A DNA stretch of 64,000 nucleotides from the human T2T-CHM13v2.0 reference genome, Homo sapiens, in assembly GCF_009914755.1 (NCBI RefSeq), contig NC_060929.1; one strand, 5' to 3'. The notes under the pieces were generated by a model. It worked only from the letters and a program-made list of their open reading frames with translations, ran no database searches and was not told where the DNA came from. Both the position numbers and the translations under genes were made by a program. Shown here piece by piece: positions 29,301 through 41,862 of this stretch (position 1 is the first letter of the stretch; the number at the start of each line of letters is the position of its first letter).

Positions 29301-32300
29301 AGAACAAAACAATTCTATTTCATAGAGGTAACCTTGGCATCAGTGTAAGTCCAGGCAAAAATGGAGACGGGCTTTGGAAAATGAGAGTTTTCACTGATAT
29401 TGGACAAATGTCTAGTGTGATTGCCTAGCCCATAAAAGGCATTTTATAAACACTTGTTGAAGAATTGAATGACCTATGTAAGAGAAAGAGGAGAGTCACA
29501 GATAATGGATATTTCACAGCCATTATATGGTGGGGTAAAATCCAAAATATTCCTAAGGGTTCTCAAAGGGCCAGTGTAGATGGCAGCAAAGTCATTGCAT
29601 ATTGCCACATGGCTTTAAAAGTGCCAAAGTGATCCATACCAGAGGTTATAAAGTAAACAACAACAGCTATGGCTTCAGGCAAAACAAGGGCTATCAACAA
29701 AGAAGCCAGGAAGCTCTTCAAGGACAGCACATAGACCAGTGTTCTAACTTTAGGAATTTTTGGCCACTTTCCATGAAGAACCATTATATTTTTCTTAAAC
29801 ATGTATTTTAGTGAGATAGAGATGAACATTTGGCATGATGAAAAGGAAGTTGAAATTCTGTATCTGACTCTAAGTAGATATGTGACTTTCTGAGTAAAAA
29901 CCTCTAATGGGATGTTGGGATGATGATGATGATGATGATGAAGGTCTCATTGAGTTGTCATGGAAAATAAATGCTTTATATAAAATGACAAATATGTGTT
30001 TCATCTTTGTATCTAAAAAATGTTTTATCTTATTGACAACAACATTTTGTCTGTTGTCTTTGTGTCAAATATTCCACAAGATTATTGTGGCATATTGTGG
30101 CAAGCTATTCCACAGATTTTGCCAGAAGAGTGTACAATATAATCTTTCTGTCAAAAGTCACCCAGGAGTATATACCACAGCAATAACTCTTCCCTGGTTT
30201 CAGTTAGAAATAAAACCAGTCATTAAGCATTAAAACCACTCACGTGGCTTAATTGCTGTACTTATATGATTTCTCATTATGTTTGACTGTCTAGAGACAG
30301 TTGCTGATGGAGAAGGAATTCCTCTTTATGTATGTTCATCACCTGCTCTGAAACTAATTTGAAAAAAAAGGCAGATTTTACAACCTGATTCCTATCAAGC
30401 ATAGTTACAAGATCAAAAAACAAAATCCATTTCTAACCAACTTGCATAATTGAACAGTCACATAATTTTAGGCTAGTCCAAAGAATAGAGGGCAAGATTT
30501 CGGTCTACTTACTCAAAGATGTTGCCATAAACATAGTTCACAATTTTCTTAGTCTGCAGCTTTGAAATTGTGCAATTATTTATTGCCTTTCTATTTTGAA
30601 AATATTCATGTTATTTTATTATTTGCTCATATATTGAAACTTTGTAGCCTCATACTTCACAAGTTCTAGCTTTTTATAATTCAAATTCCTGTAATATGCT
30701 ATTGCAGTGTAATTATAAAACTGAACATATATGAATCTCAGTTTTTGTTTCACATTATATGTATCTGCTTTTTGATATCTCAGATATCTCTAAAAAATGT
30801 GTCTATTTCATGTTTTGCTAAGAAACATTAAGATTTACATGATCATAATAGTACTTAAAGATATCCAAAAACTCTTGCGGGATGAAAAACTTATATTGAA
30901 AATACCCATAGAGGGGCTGTGCATGCATCCTAAGAGAGAGCATTTTTTGATTCATAGGCAATTTAGTGAGTCTACCTGAGCCTTTAGGTTAATATCAAGC
31001 TTTTGACAATATTAAAAAAGAAATTCCCTAAGAGAAAATAACACCTATCTCCTCCCCTTCAGGGATCAGAATTGTTGGAGTAGGAATAATTGTCATATAG
31101 GACTGTGATTGTTAAAGTAATGATGAACATTTATAGCAGTTATTTTTTAGAACATAAAAAAAAATCTCTGGAGATATTATAATACTTGAGATTTCTCAGA
31201 ACATTATTCTGTCTCATATCCTGTATTAAATGTATCTGTTAATTTTAATGTTGCTTTTTTTGTTTTTTTAGAAGTCTTGATCAAGTATTTACTTTATTTT
31301 ATTAAGCTTTCCTTAATTGCCAACTTGCCAATTATACTCACCTCATAACTCAGTTATGAAGATGCATCCATTTAGTGAGAGTAAGGTTATGAAGTCTCAG
31401 AAAAATAGTGGACATTGGAAAAACTATAATCCAACAACTGGACAATATAAAATTATTTTATTTATGCAATATGGAGTAATATAAGTTATAGGAGAATAAA
31501 GACAACTGTGATAAGAGAAAAAAATGTATTGCATCCTAAATATGTGCTGCACTGGTTCTGTGAACCTGGAAAACGGCTATTTATATTTGAAATAAACCAT
31601 ACATATTCGAAAATTCAGACTATTATATAAATTAACTGAGTTTTTTTTCAAGTATATATTTTAGTGGAGTTAGAATTTTTTATTATAGATTTACCTGACT
31701 CTAATTGTCATTCTCTTTCCCATATACAACACTAATTATATCACTAAGAGAAATCACACATGTTCAGGAAACAAAACATCTATCTGGGCTACAATAATGT
31801 TAATTAGCTATGTAAGAATGTGGTATGATAAAAATAATAAAGACTTTTCTGGAATCAAAGGATATTTTTCAACACATTTTATTCAAGAGGATGAAAAGAT
31901 TATTGGTTATATTTATTTAGAAAACATTTTGAGCATAAATATGTGAAAAACACCTATTACTTTCCTCCCAAAACAATTTTTTAGGGAGATGTTCTTAGCA
32001 AATTCTTGTGAGTCTTCAAGAAAATCTCAAATTTTTGGATTCTTTTTAAATTTGTATATATTATGTGTTGGGGCAGTAATAAGTGGAATTAACACACTGC
32101 TGTTAGAAATCCAGAACATACAACATTTATCAGAATGTTTTATTTAAAGTAAGTTGAAACCACAAACTTTACACAGAAAATTCTATAGAATCAATAGGAT
32201 TATCTCAAACATTCTGTACAGATTTACCCACATCTTTTTCACTGCAAGGTCGACTTTATAGTCAAGCAAACAATTTTCTTGAACAAACTTTAATCCAAAC

Positions 32301-32819
32301 TGACTAATGCACACAATTACAAAGTAGCAAATCTGACCTAAATGCCAGTGAGTCTAAAATAACTGTGCAGAGTGAGATGTTAACAAACAGTTACTGAAAG
32401 AAAAAATCTTGACTGCATAGCCTGTGGTTCCATTGCAATAATGTATACAGACTAGGTCATGAAATTAAAAACTGATAAACTCAGCAATTTTAGAAATGCC
32501 TGAAGGATAGCTCATTTTTAGTTGCAGTGGAATGTTAACAACTCTAGCTGGGTTCATTATCCATATCAAATATTTTGGATCATTCTATGAAATCAAAAAC
32601 ATCACATCTAGATAAAATAAAATTTAAATATTACATGATTGTATAAAACTAAAAGTATGCACTTTTCATTTCAAGACTAAAATCGTCATATTTCTTTATA
32701 AAAGAATATAGTACTTGCTATATAAAAAAAATTTTTTTTAAACTACTGGAATATCATTGAGTAGCATTTCCAGGCAGCTATTCACTGGTTATCCAATTTA
32801 CATCAGTGTTTCATAGGAT

Positions 32820-33142
32820 TTTTCTTTTTTGGTTTTTGTTGTTGTTGTTGTTTTTGTTTTTGAGACAAAGTCTCGCTCTGATCCCCGGGCTGGAGTGCAG
32901 TGGCATGATCTCAGCTCACTGCAAACTCCGCCTCCCAGATTAAAGTGATTCTCCTGCCCCAGCCTCCTGATTAGCTGGGATACAGTCACCCACCACCAGG
33001 CCTGGCTAATTTTTATATTTTTAGTAGAGATAGGATTTCACCACGTTGGCCAGGCTGGTCTTGAACTCCTGGCCTCAGGCAGTCTGCCCTCCTCACCCTC
33101 CCAGAGTGCTGGGATTACAGGCATGAACCACCATGCCCAGCC
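32820..33142 (-). mobile_element. AluS SINE with (TTG)n-containing tail
   Basis: Antisense dimer ending CCATGCCCAGCC; degenerate TSD TCATAGGATTTT/TTATAGGGTTTT. Confidence 0.93.
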
Positions 33143-33793
33143 CTTATAGGGTTTTTTATGTGAACTTTCAACAAAACAAAACAAAATCACTTCAATATGT
33201 GAATCTTATCATATAAAAAGTCATTTGAAATGAAATATAATCAACAACTAAAAGGAAATGGCATTTATGACATTACTTTATAGAATATAACAAATTTAAA
33301 ATACAAGTAATGTCTTCCCTTTTGTAACACATTCTCTATACACATTAACAGTAGAAGCATGTGAAAAACCACCTTGAAAAATAAGTAGACATAAAGCCAG
33401 AAAATTTCTGAATTATTAACTAATATAGTTATTAAATGCAATATAAAGAGAGTAAGGTGTGAACTGAGAAACATATATGAGAGAAGTTCTAAAAGAATTT
33501 AATATATAAAGATTCAGGAAGTATATTTCCATTTTTTATGAGTTTTCAGCACAAAATAAGGAAAACAATTGTAACAGTTATAAGATTGCTGATATTATAA
33601 TCACTTATATTGATGGGTATGTGGGAAATCTCCTCTTCCATTTTTTTATGAATATCAGACCCTTTGTCATGTGATGTCCACAGTCATAACCTCTCAACAC
33701 TACAGAAATAATTAAAACCTAGGAGATGGAACAAATGCATTTTTTAAAGCAAAATATTTGTTTTTCTCCTCTTGACCTCCTTCCCTACAATCT

Positions 33794-34209
33794 TGTTACT
33801 AAAACACCAGGGGTTTGTTCTAGGTCCTTCTGTTAACCAAACAGATAGCCAATCACTGAGGTGATAAGTATTGCCAAGGAAGAAGGCTTTAATTGAGTGC
33901 TGCAGCCAAGGAGATGGGAGCTAGGTCTCAGGTCCATCACCCTGAACAACTAAAACTAGAGGTTTATACAGCAGATGAGAAATGTAACAATGTAAGAAAA
34001 CAAGAACTAGGTAGAGGCAAGGGGGCACTGGTGGAGTGATCTGGCGAGTTTTAATTCACTGATACTTTTTTTTTGAGAGGCCTGAAGGTCCTTTCCTGAG
34101 GAAGGAACTCAGATAAAACAAACAAAAGGTTCAAGCTTTGACAGCAGAAGGGTCAATTTTTATGTGTATCCAAGAACAACTGTCTTACGAGACTGTTGGT
34201 CAGGTTTCA
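33794..34209 (-). mobile_element. ERV1 (MER4-group) solo LTR, subfamily uncertain
   Basis: TGTTACTAAAACACCAGGGG...GGTCAGGTTTCA termini; near 4-bp TSD ATCT/GTCT. Confidence 0.75.
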
Positions 34210-34530
34210 GTCTTTTGATGTCTACATGTACACCTGAGCAGCTTCAGAAAAAAAATAGCTGATTGTTTTTCACAAATTAAATGTGCTAGTAATTCTTACT
34301 TCCTTACTCTACAGGTGTCAATTTAATTTTTTTTGTATATTGTAATTTTAAAAATTTACAATTTTTTAAATGAAATACACAAAAACGAGTCTATGCGTGT
34401 ATTCCAGCAAGCTAGTTTATTATGTCTGGGTGGTGTAAGTGGTGGGAGTAGAAACTCTTGCTCTACAACCTGTTCAAATAATGGGTCCATTTTATTTAAA
34501 GCAGCATGTGATAGTAAAAGAAATAATGAT

Positions 34531-35040
34531 TGTGGGATATGACAAGGTTTGTCTTCAAATAGCCTGATCAATTATTTATTCTTTAATCCACAGTACCCCT
34601 CCCCTTCCCTTTTCTTCTCTTTTTCTTTCTTTCTGCCTTTGTTACAGGCCTAGGCATGCCACAGCACTGGTGGCTTATCAGTACTAGCTCACATTCCTTT
34701 CCTTATTTGGGAAGAAAACTAGCTCTCTAGCTCATGGCAGACAACCTCTTCCCCCTCTACCTTCTCTCCCTTACATGCCCACCTTATCTAAGAAAAAGTT
34801 AAAATGTTTAGCCAGTCGGGTCTAGCTTAGATTATACAGTCTGACCCCAGCCAATGGGGAAAGGCACAGGGGCAGATATTTGTGTCAGGGATAAAAACTT
34901 TCACTCTCCTTTGTTCTGTGTGCTCTCATGGTGACTGGCCAAAGAGAAGCACCCTGCTGTGCAGAAGCAAATTTGCTTTGCTGAGAAATCCTTTGTCTGA
35001 ATGCTCATTTTGCTTATGATTCAGAGCTTTAGTTCCAACA
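34531..35040 (+). mobile_element. ERV solo LTR, subfamily uncertain
   Basis: TGTGGG...CCAACA termini, perfect 5-bp TSD ATGAT, internal CCAAT and TATA-like GATAAAAA. Confidence 0.8.
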
Positions 35041-35045
35041 ATGAT

Positions 35046-35200
35046 GTTTGAGTCTGAGAGACCAGGATTTGAATCCTGGCTCTGCCTCTTTAAACATTAG
35101 GACTTGGGCAAATTAATCATTTTAACTTGCATTGCTTACTGCAAAATTAGGATAATAATAGCTACTTCTTAGGTTTTGTCATCCTGAAGAAGTAACAGTT
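35046..35200 (+). mobile_element. MIR fragment
   Basis: GGATTTGAATCCTGGCTCTGCC...GACTTGGGCAAATTA...GGATAATAATAGCTACTTC. Confidence 0.7.
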
Positions 35201-35220
35201 TGGTGCTCAATATTTAATAA

Positions 35221-35548
35221 TGCTAAATTAAATTAAATTTGCCTTAAAGCCACCTCTGTACATATTGAACTGCAACCTAACTTATGTAAACAAACTGCAA
35301 CCTAACAAGAGTATATTCTTGTAACAAGTAGCTTAAACTCAGTCAATTACAGGAGCCAAACTTCAGCCAATCACAGACTTCCAGCTGATCAGATTATGTC
35401 CATGTAAAGCAAATGCTGAGCTGTAACCAATCCATCTGTTTCTGTGTAACATGTCATTTTTTTGTCTGTAAATACTGCCTGATCATATTGCTGGGTGGAG
35501 TTATCTGAATCTCCCCTGATTCCGAGGGCTGCTGGATTCATAGGTTGC
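35221..35548 (+). mobile_element. MER57-like ERV1 LTR, 3'-truncated
   Basis: TGCTAAATTAAATTAAATTTGCC start, CTGCAACCTAAC repeats and CCAATC boxes; stops before any poly-A signal or CA terminus. Confidence 0.7.
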
Positions 35549-35596
35549 TTCTGTCTTATGAGAGGATTGTAAAATGCACCAATCAGTACTCTGTAG

Positions 35597-38500
35597 TGCA
35601 AGATCTTAGACTCATCAATGAGGCAGTAATTCCTCTATATCCAGTTGTACCCAACCCCTATACCCTGCTCTCTCAAATATCAGAGGAAGAAGAATGGTGC
35701 ACTGTTCTGGACCTCAAGGATGCCTTCTTCTCCATTCCCCTGCATTCTGACTCCCAGTTTCTCTTTGCCTTTGAGGATTCCACAGAACATGCATCTCAAC
35801 TTATGTGGATGGTCTTGCCTCAAGGGTTTGGGATAGCCCTCATGTATTTGGTCAGGCACTGGCCCAAGATCTAGGCCATTTCTCAAGTCCAGGCACTCTG
35901 GTCCTTCAGTATGTGGATGATTTACTTTTGGCTACCAGTTCGGAAGCCTCATGCCAGCAGGCTACTCTAGATCTCTGGAAATTTCTAGCTAATCAAGGGT
36001 ACAAGTCATCTAAATTGAAGGCCCAGTTCTGCCTACAACAAGTCAAATATCTAGGCCTAATCTTAGCCAAAGGAACCAGGGCCCTTAGCAAGGAATGAAT
36101 ACAGCCTCTACTGGCTTATCCTCACCCTAAGACATTAAAACAGTAGCGGGGGTTCCTTGGAATTGCCAGCTTTTGCCGACTATGAATCCCCTGGCCAGGC
36201 CCCTCTATACTCTAATCAAGGAGACCCAGAGGGCAAATGCTCATCTGGTATAATGGGAACCAGAGGCAGAAACAGCCTTCAAACCTTAAAGCAGGCCCTA
36301 GTATAAGCTCCAGCCTTAAGCCTTCCACAGGACAAAACTCCTTATATATCACAGAGAGAGTGGAAATAGCTCTTGGAGTCTTTACTCACACTTGTGGGAC
36401 AACCCCACAACCAGTGGCATACCTAAGTAAGGAAATTGATGTAGTAGCAAAAGGCCGGCCTCACTGTTTATGGGTAGTTGTGGCAGTGGCCATCTTAGTA
36501 TCAGAGGCTATCAAAATAATACAAGGAAAGGATCTCACCGTCTGGACTACTCATGATGTAAATGGCATACTAGGTGCCAAAGGAAATTTATGGCTATCAG
36601 ACAACTGCTTGCTTAGATACCAGGCACTCTCCTTGAGGGACTGGTGCTTCAAATACGCACGTGTGCCACCTTCAACCCTGCCACCTTTCTCCCAGAGGAT
36701 GGGGAACCAATCGAGCATGACTTCCAACAAATTGTAGCCCAGACTTATGCCTCCTGAGAGGATCTCTTAGAAGTCCCCTTAGCTAATCCTGACCTTAACC
36801 TATATACTGATGGAAGTTCATTTGTGGAGAATGGGATTCGAAGGGCAGGTTATGCCATAGTTAGTGATGTAACAGTACTTGAAAGTAAGCCTCTTCCCCC
36901 AAGGACCAGCACCCAGTTAGCAGAACTAGTGGCACTTACCCGAACCTTAGAACTGGGAAAGGGAAAAAGAATAAATGTGTACACAGATAGCAAGTATACT
37001 TATCTAATCCTACATGCCCATGCTGCAATATGGAAAGAAAGGGAGTTCCCAACCTCTGGGGGAACCCCCATTAAATATCACAAGGAAATCATGAAGTTAT
37101 TGCAAGCAGTGGAAAAATGCAAGGAGGTAGCAGTCTTACTTACACTGCTGAAGCCATCAAAAATGTGAAGGAGAAAAGGCAGAAGGAAACTGTTGGGCAG
37201 ACACTGAGGCTAAAATTGCTGCCAAGCGGAACCTCCCATTTGAAATACCTCTGGAAGGACCCTTGGTATAGAACAACCCTCTCCAAGAGATTTAGCCCCA
37301 GTATTACCTGACCAAAACAGAATGGGCATAGTTTTCTCACCTCCAGGTGGTTAACACAGAAGAGGCAAAGGTACTCATACCCGAAACCAGCCAGTGGAAA
37401 ATACTTAAGATCCTTCACTAAACTTTTCATATGGCCAAATCCCTACTTACAGGGCCAAATCTCCTCCAGACCATCCAACAAGTAGTGAAAGCCTGTGAGG
37501 TGTGCCAAAGGAATAATCTCTTGGTCCATTGTAAGGCCCCTCTGGGGGAACAAAGAATAGGTTACTATCCCAGAGAGGACTGGCAGTTGGACTTCACCCA
37601 TATGCCTAAGTCAAGGGGATTTCAATACTTACTGATTTGTGTTGATACCTTTACAAATTGGATAGAACTCTTTCCCCTGTAAGACAGAGAAGGCTCAGGA
37701 AGTGCTTAAAGTCCTAATTTATGAACTAATTCGTAGATTTGGGCTTCCCCAAAGCTTACAAAGTGACAATGGTCTGGATTTTAAAGCCACGATAACTCAG
37801 GGAATTTCCAGGGTACTAAAGAAACAATATCACCTTCACTGCGCCTGGAGGCCACAATCTTAAGGGAAGGTTGAGAAGGCAAATGAAACACTCAAGAGGG
37901 ACTTGAGGAAACTAACACAAGAAACTCATCTCCCACGGCCTAACGTTGAAAATCTGAAATTCTCTTCACAAAATGGGGCTCGGTCCTTAGGAAATGCTGC
38001 ATGGATGACTTTTTCTTACAAATGACCTATTACTTGATCAGGAAATGGCAAACTTGGTCAAAGATATTACTTCTTTGGCAAAATGTCAACAAAACCTTAA
38101 AAACCCACCCGAAGGATGTCACAGAGAAAAGGGAACAGAGTTGTTCCAACTGGGAGATCTAGTGTTGGTCAAGTCCCTTCCCTCTACCTCCTCATCTATG
38201 GATTCCTTGTGGGAAGGACTATACTCAGTAATACTCTCTAACCCCACTGAAGTTAAGGTGGCAGGAACGCAATCTTGGATTCACCACACCAGAGTTAAAC
38301 TTTGGACATCCCCTGAAGAACCTGTGGTACCGTCAGCTCAGGAGTCACAAGATCAGCCAGACCAGCCTCAATACACCTGCGAACCACTGGAGGACTTGGG
38401 TCTCCTATTTCAGAAGGAAACATCCCAGACTAAAAAGGCTCCTACTGATCCTGTGGAAAAAACCCTTCCTATTAAAAAAAAAAAGATAAGTGAAAACCTA
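35597..38500 (+). pseudogene. ERV9 pol remnant (RT, RNase H, integrase), broken by frameshifts and stops
   Basis: VQDLRLINEAV, LDLKDAFF, VLPQG, LQYVDDLL, AELVALTR, VYTDSKY, WQLDFTHMP and WEGLYSVIL motifs split across frames. Confidence 0.93.
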
Positions 38501-38532
38501 CATAATCTTTAACACCTCTCCTTGCCTCTTTA

Positions 38533-40393
38533 ATGGAATCCTTTTACTGTTTCATCACATTATTAAGCAGTATACTAACCATACTCTTGGCAGTAAGACT
38601 ATATACTGTAGCTCCTGCTGGGACGAAGATCCTAATCACATCAACCTTTTTCCTATCATCCTTCCTTCTGACAGAAATTTACTCCTACCTTTAATTCAGA
38701 CTGGATAAAGTGTTCTCATCTTCCAGGGCACCCTCTTTACCTTCCTACTTACTCTTTGGAATTGCCCCTCCCCTTCCACTGGCTCCTAATTACCTCTACA
38801 AGACTCTCAACTTAACCCACTCTCTGTTAAGCCAGTCCAATCCTATCCTGGCAAACAACTGTTGGTTTTGTATCTCTCTATCAGCCACTGCTTACGTTGC
38901 CACTCCCATTCCCGCAAAAAACTGGATCTTTACTAACTTAACTTACCACCCCCGTTATGAAGGAAAAGACCCTTTCCAACTTCTAAATATGCAATCAGTA
39001 GCTGACTTTCCCATCTCTGATAGGACCAAGGATACCCTAACAGGACACGCAATCCAACTTTTATGCTGTTACATTTCCAACCTCGCCTATTACACGAGCA
39101 ATGAAAAGCCCATACACGGTCCTGTAACTACAAATACCGTCTTAACTTTCCAAGCCCCTTTATGCATCCAACTCAATCTGTTATCAGGCCTGCCCCTGGG
39201 GCACCTACTATCCCATCAGTGTAATTACACCCTACAATTTCAATCCCCAACTCATCATAGTAACTTCCGAGTCACCCAAACAGCTCCATTCAGATGGCTT
39301 GTCCACTTCTCAGGGCCTCCAAAAACCATCATCTCCTTGCTTAACAAACAGTCCAGGTTTTGTAATGGCAAACATATCCCTGCATGACCATTCACCCCTG
39401 GACCCTCTGCATCAGTACCCCCACCAGTAATTAATGCCTTCTCATCCTCTCTTTCAATCACTCAGTTGAATGGCTCCTAGTAGATACAAAATGGTTTTTT
39501 CTCCAATGGGAAAATAGAACACAAGGAGCCACTCCGTTTGCTCCCAACACCCCTTTTCAGCTGCTCACCAGCGCTACCTTTGCAAGTACTCTAGGAGTTT
39601 GGGAAAATGAAAACAACAAACTTACACACCTTTTTAACATACACAGCAAGTTCTGTCTACCCAGACAAGGCATATTCTTCTTATGTGGAACTTCAACCTA
39701 TATCTGCCTTCCCACCAACTGTACAGGCACCTGCATCTTAGTCTTCCTAAGTCCCAATATTGACATTGCCCCAGAAAATCAGACCCTATCAGTGACCCTC
39801 AAAGCTCAAGTCCATCAGCGCAGGTCCATACAACTAATAACCCTACTTACAGGGTTAGGAATGGGCATTGCTATAGGAACCAGAATAGCCAGTTTATCTA
39901 TTTCATTATCCTACTACCACACACTCTCAAAGGATTTTTCAGACAGTCTGGAAGAAATAACAAAGTCTAGCCTTACTCTACAATCCCAAATAGACTCTTT
40001 GACAGCAGTGACTCTCCAAAACTGCCAAGGCCTAGACCTCCTCACTGCTGAGAAAGGAAGACTCTGCACCTTCTTAGAGGAAGGGTGTTGTTTTTACACT
40101 AACCAGTTAGGGATAGTATGAGACACCACCTGGCATTTATAGGACAGGCTTCTGAAATCAGACAATGCCTTTCAAACTCTTATACCAACCTCTGGAGTTG
40201 GGTGACATGGCTTCTCCCCTTTCTAGTTCTCGTGACGGCCATCTTGCTATTACTTGCCTTCGGGCCCTGTATTTTTAACCTCCTTGTCAAATTTGTTTCC
40301 TCTGGGATTGAGGCCATTAGGCTACAGATGGTCTTACAAATGGAAACCCAAATGAGCTCAACTCACAATTTCTACCAAGGACCCCTGGACTGA
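38533..40393 (+). pseudogene. ERV9 env remnant (SU and TM)
   Basis: CWFC motif; fusion peptide LLTGLGMGIAIG; immunosuppressive-domain-like LQNCQGLDLLTAEKG; CX6CC (CTFLEEGCC); FGPCIFNLLVKFVS; disrupted frame. Confidence 0.92.
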
Positions 40394-40541
40394 CCCACTG
40401 GCCCTTTGGCCTAGAGAGTTCCCCTCTGGAGGACACTACAACGGCAGGGCCCCTTCTTTGCCCCTATCCAGCAAGAAGTAGCTAGAGCAGTTATCGCCCA
40501 ATTCCCAACAGCAGTTGGGGTGTTCTGTTTAGAGGGTGGAT

Positions 40542-41053
40542 TGAGAGGTGAAGCCAGCTGGACTTCCTGGGTCGAGTGGGGACTTGGAGAACTTTTCTGT
40601 CTTACAAGAGGATTGTAAAATGCACCAATCAGTGCTCTGTAGCTAGCAAGAGGATTGTAAAATGCACCAGTCAGCACTCTGTAAAAACACACCAATCGGC
40701 ACTCTGTAGCTAGCAAGAGGATTGTAAAACACACCAATCAGCAGGAGTCTAAAAGTAGCCAATCGCAGGGTGGATTGAAAAAAGGGCACTCTGATAGGAC
40801 AGGAACAGAACATGGGAGAGGACAAATAAGGGAATAAAAGCTGGCCACCCAGACAGCAGTGACAACCCCCTTGGGTCCCCTTCTACAATGTGGAAGCTTT
40901 GTTCTTTCACTTTTTACAACAAATCTTGCTGCTACTCACTCACTGGGTCCATGCCACCTTTAAGAACTGTAACACTCATCGTGAAGGTCTACGGCTTCAT
41001 TCTTGAAGTCAGTGAGACCATGAACCCACCAGCAGGAACAAACTCTGGACACA
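40542..41053 (+). promoter_or_regulatory. LTR12-type 3' LTR with tandem CCAAT (NF-Y) repeats and TATA-like GAATAAAA
   Basis: TGAGAGGTGAAGCCAGCTGG...CTCTGGACACA; repeated AAGAGGATTGTAAAA(T/C)(G/A)CACCA units; CCAAT near 40625, 40692, 40734 and 40759. Confidence 0.88.
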
Positions 41054-41404
41054 TAAGTAAGAGTTCTGTGAGCCAATCCAGCAAATTAATTAACCCCAAA
41101 GAGGGCATCCTGGGTACCCTAACTTGAAGCTGGTGCGTCAGAAATTTCAGAGGTCAGAACTTGCAACTACTGTCTGGGGATGTGGGAGGCAGTCTCGGTG
41201 ACTGAGCCCCCAGCCTGTGGGATCAGGCACTATCTCCCGGTAAATACTGTGGGAACTGAATTAGAAGACATCCAGCTGGTGTCTGCTGCTTGGTGCCTGA
41301 GGAAATGTCCTCACATATTTTGTCCCAGAAGTCCTCTGTGTTGATGATTGTTGTTGTGGTGAGAGTACAGGAAAAGCACAGTTAGAGAGAGTCTTTCCTA
41401 CACA
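41054..41404 (+). mobile_element. MER21-like LTR, 3' part only
   Basis: GAGTTCTGTGAGCC...AGCAAATT, GACTGAGCCCCCAGCCTGTGGGATC, GAACTGAATTAGAAGACATCCAGCTGGTGTC. Confidence 0.8.
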
Positions 41405-41817
41405 GATACAGACAAAAATTAATTTTGTACATTGATCTTCTACTCAGTAATCTTCCTATAGTTTGTAGCTTCTATTGGATTTTTTTGTTTACACAATACT
41501 TTTATTCACTTCTAATATTTTACTTTTTTATCTTGCCTTATGGTATAGGAGAGCTGTTTCAGGAGAATATTGACTGCTAGTGATAACAAACAGGCACCTT
41601 TGTCTTACTTCCAAACTCAAGGAGGTTTGGAAGAAAATTATTTTCTGTAAATTTAAAAAATATATGTATATTCTTTATCAACCTAAGAATGTTCACTTTT
41701 TTTCACAGTTTGCTATGTTTTTGTCATTTCCGAGCTAAAAATTTGTTCTCAAATACATTTTTATGTAACCATGGAGATCAGCATATATGTTTCTTTTCTT
41801 CTTAATGTGGTAAATTG
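41405..41817 (-). mobile_element. Old L1M ORF2 fragment
   Basis: TTTTGTACATTGATCTT, GGCACCTTTGTCTTACTTCC and TTCTTTATCAACCTAAGAATGTTC antisense L1 motifs. Confidence 0.6.
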
Positions 41818-41862
41818 CCCACTTTGTTTTAATTAGTTCCTTCATTAAAAGTTTTCTTTTGG

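Larger units (their letters stand above)
35549..41053 (+). mobile_element. HERV9/LTR12-family provirus, 5'-deleted (48-bp 5' LTR remnant, pol, env, 3' LTR)
   Basis: Gammaretroviral-type RT, RNase H, integrase and env peptides; polypurine tract AGAGGGTGGAT; LTR12-type 3' LTR. Confidence 0.92.

Noticed and set aside
38710-39387. 225-aa env ORF as a possible syncytin-like domesticated gene
   Set aside because: It is only an SU fragment without an ATG start; env is split by stops and frameshifts, and the furin and immunosuppressive motifs are degenerate.
40606-40745. Regularly spaced approx 40-bp repeats resembling a CRISPR-like array
   Set aside because: These are the known tandem CCAAT-containing U3 repeats of LTR12, with no unique spacers.
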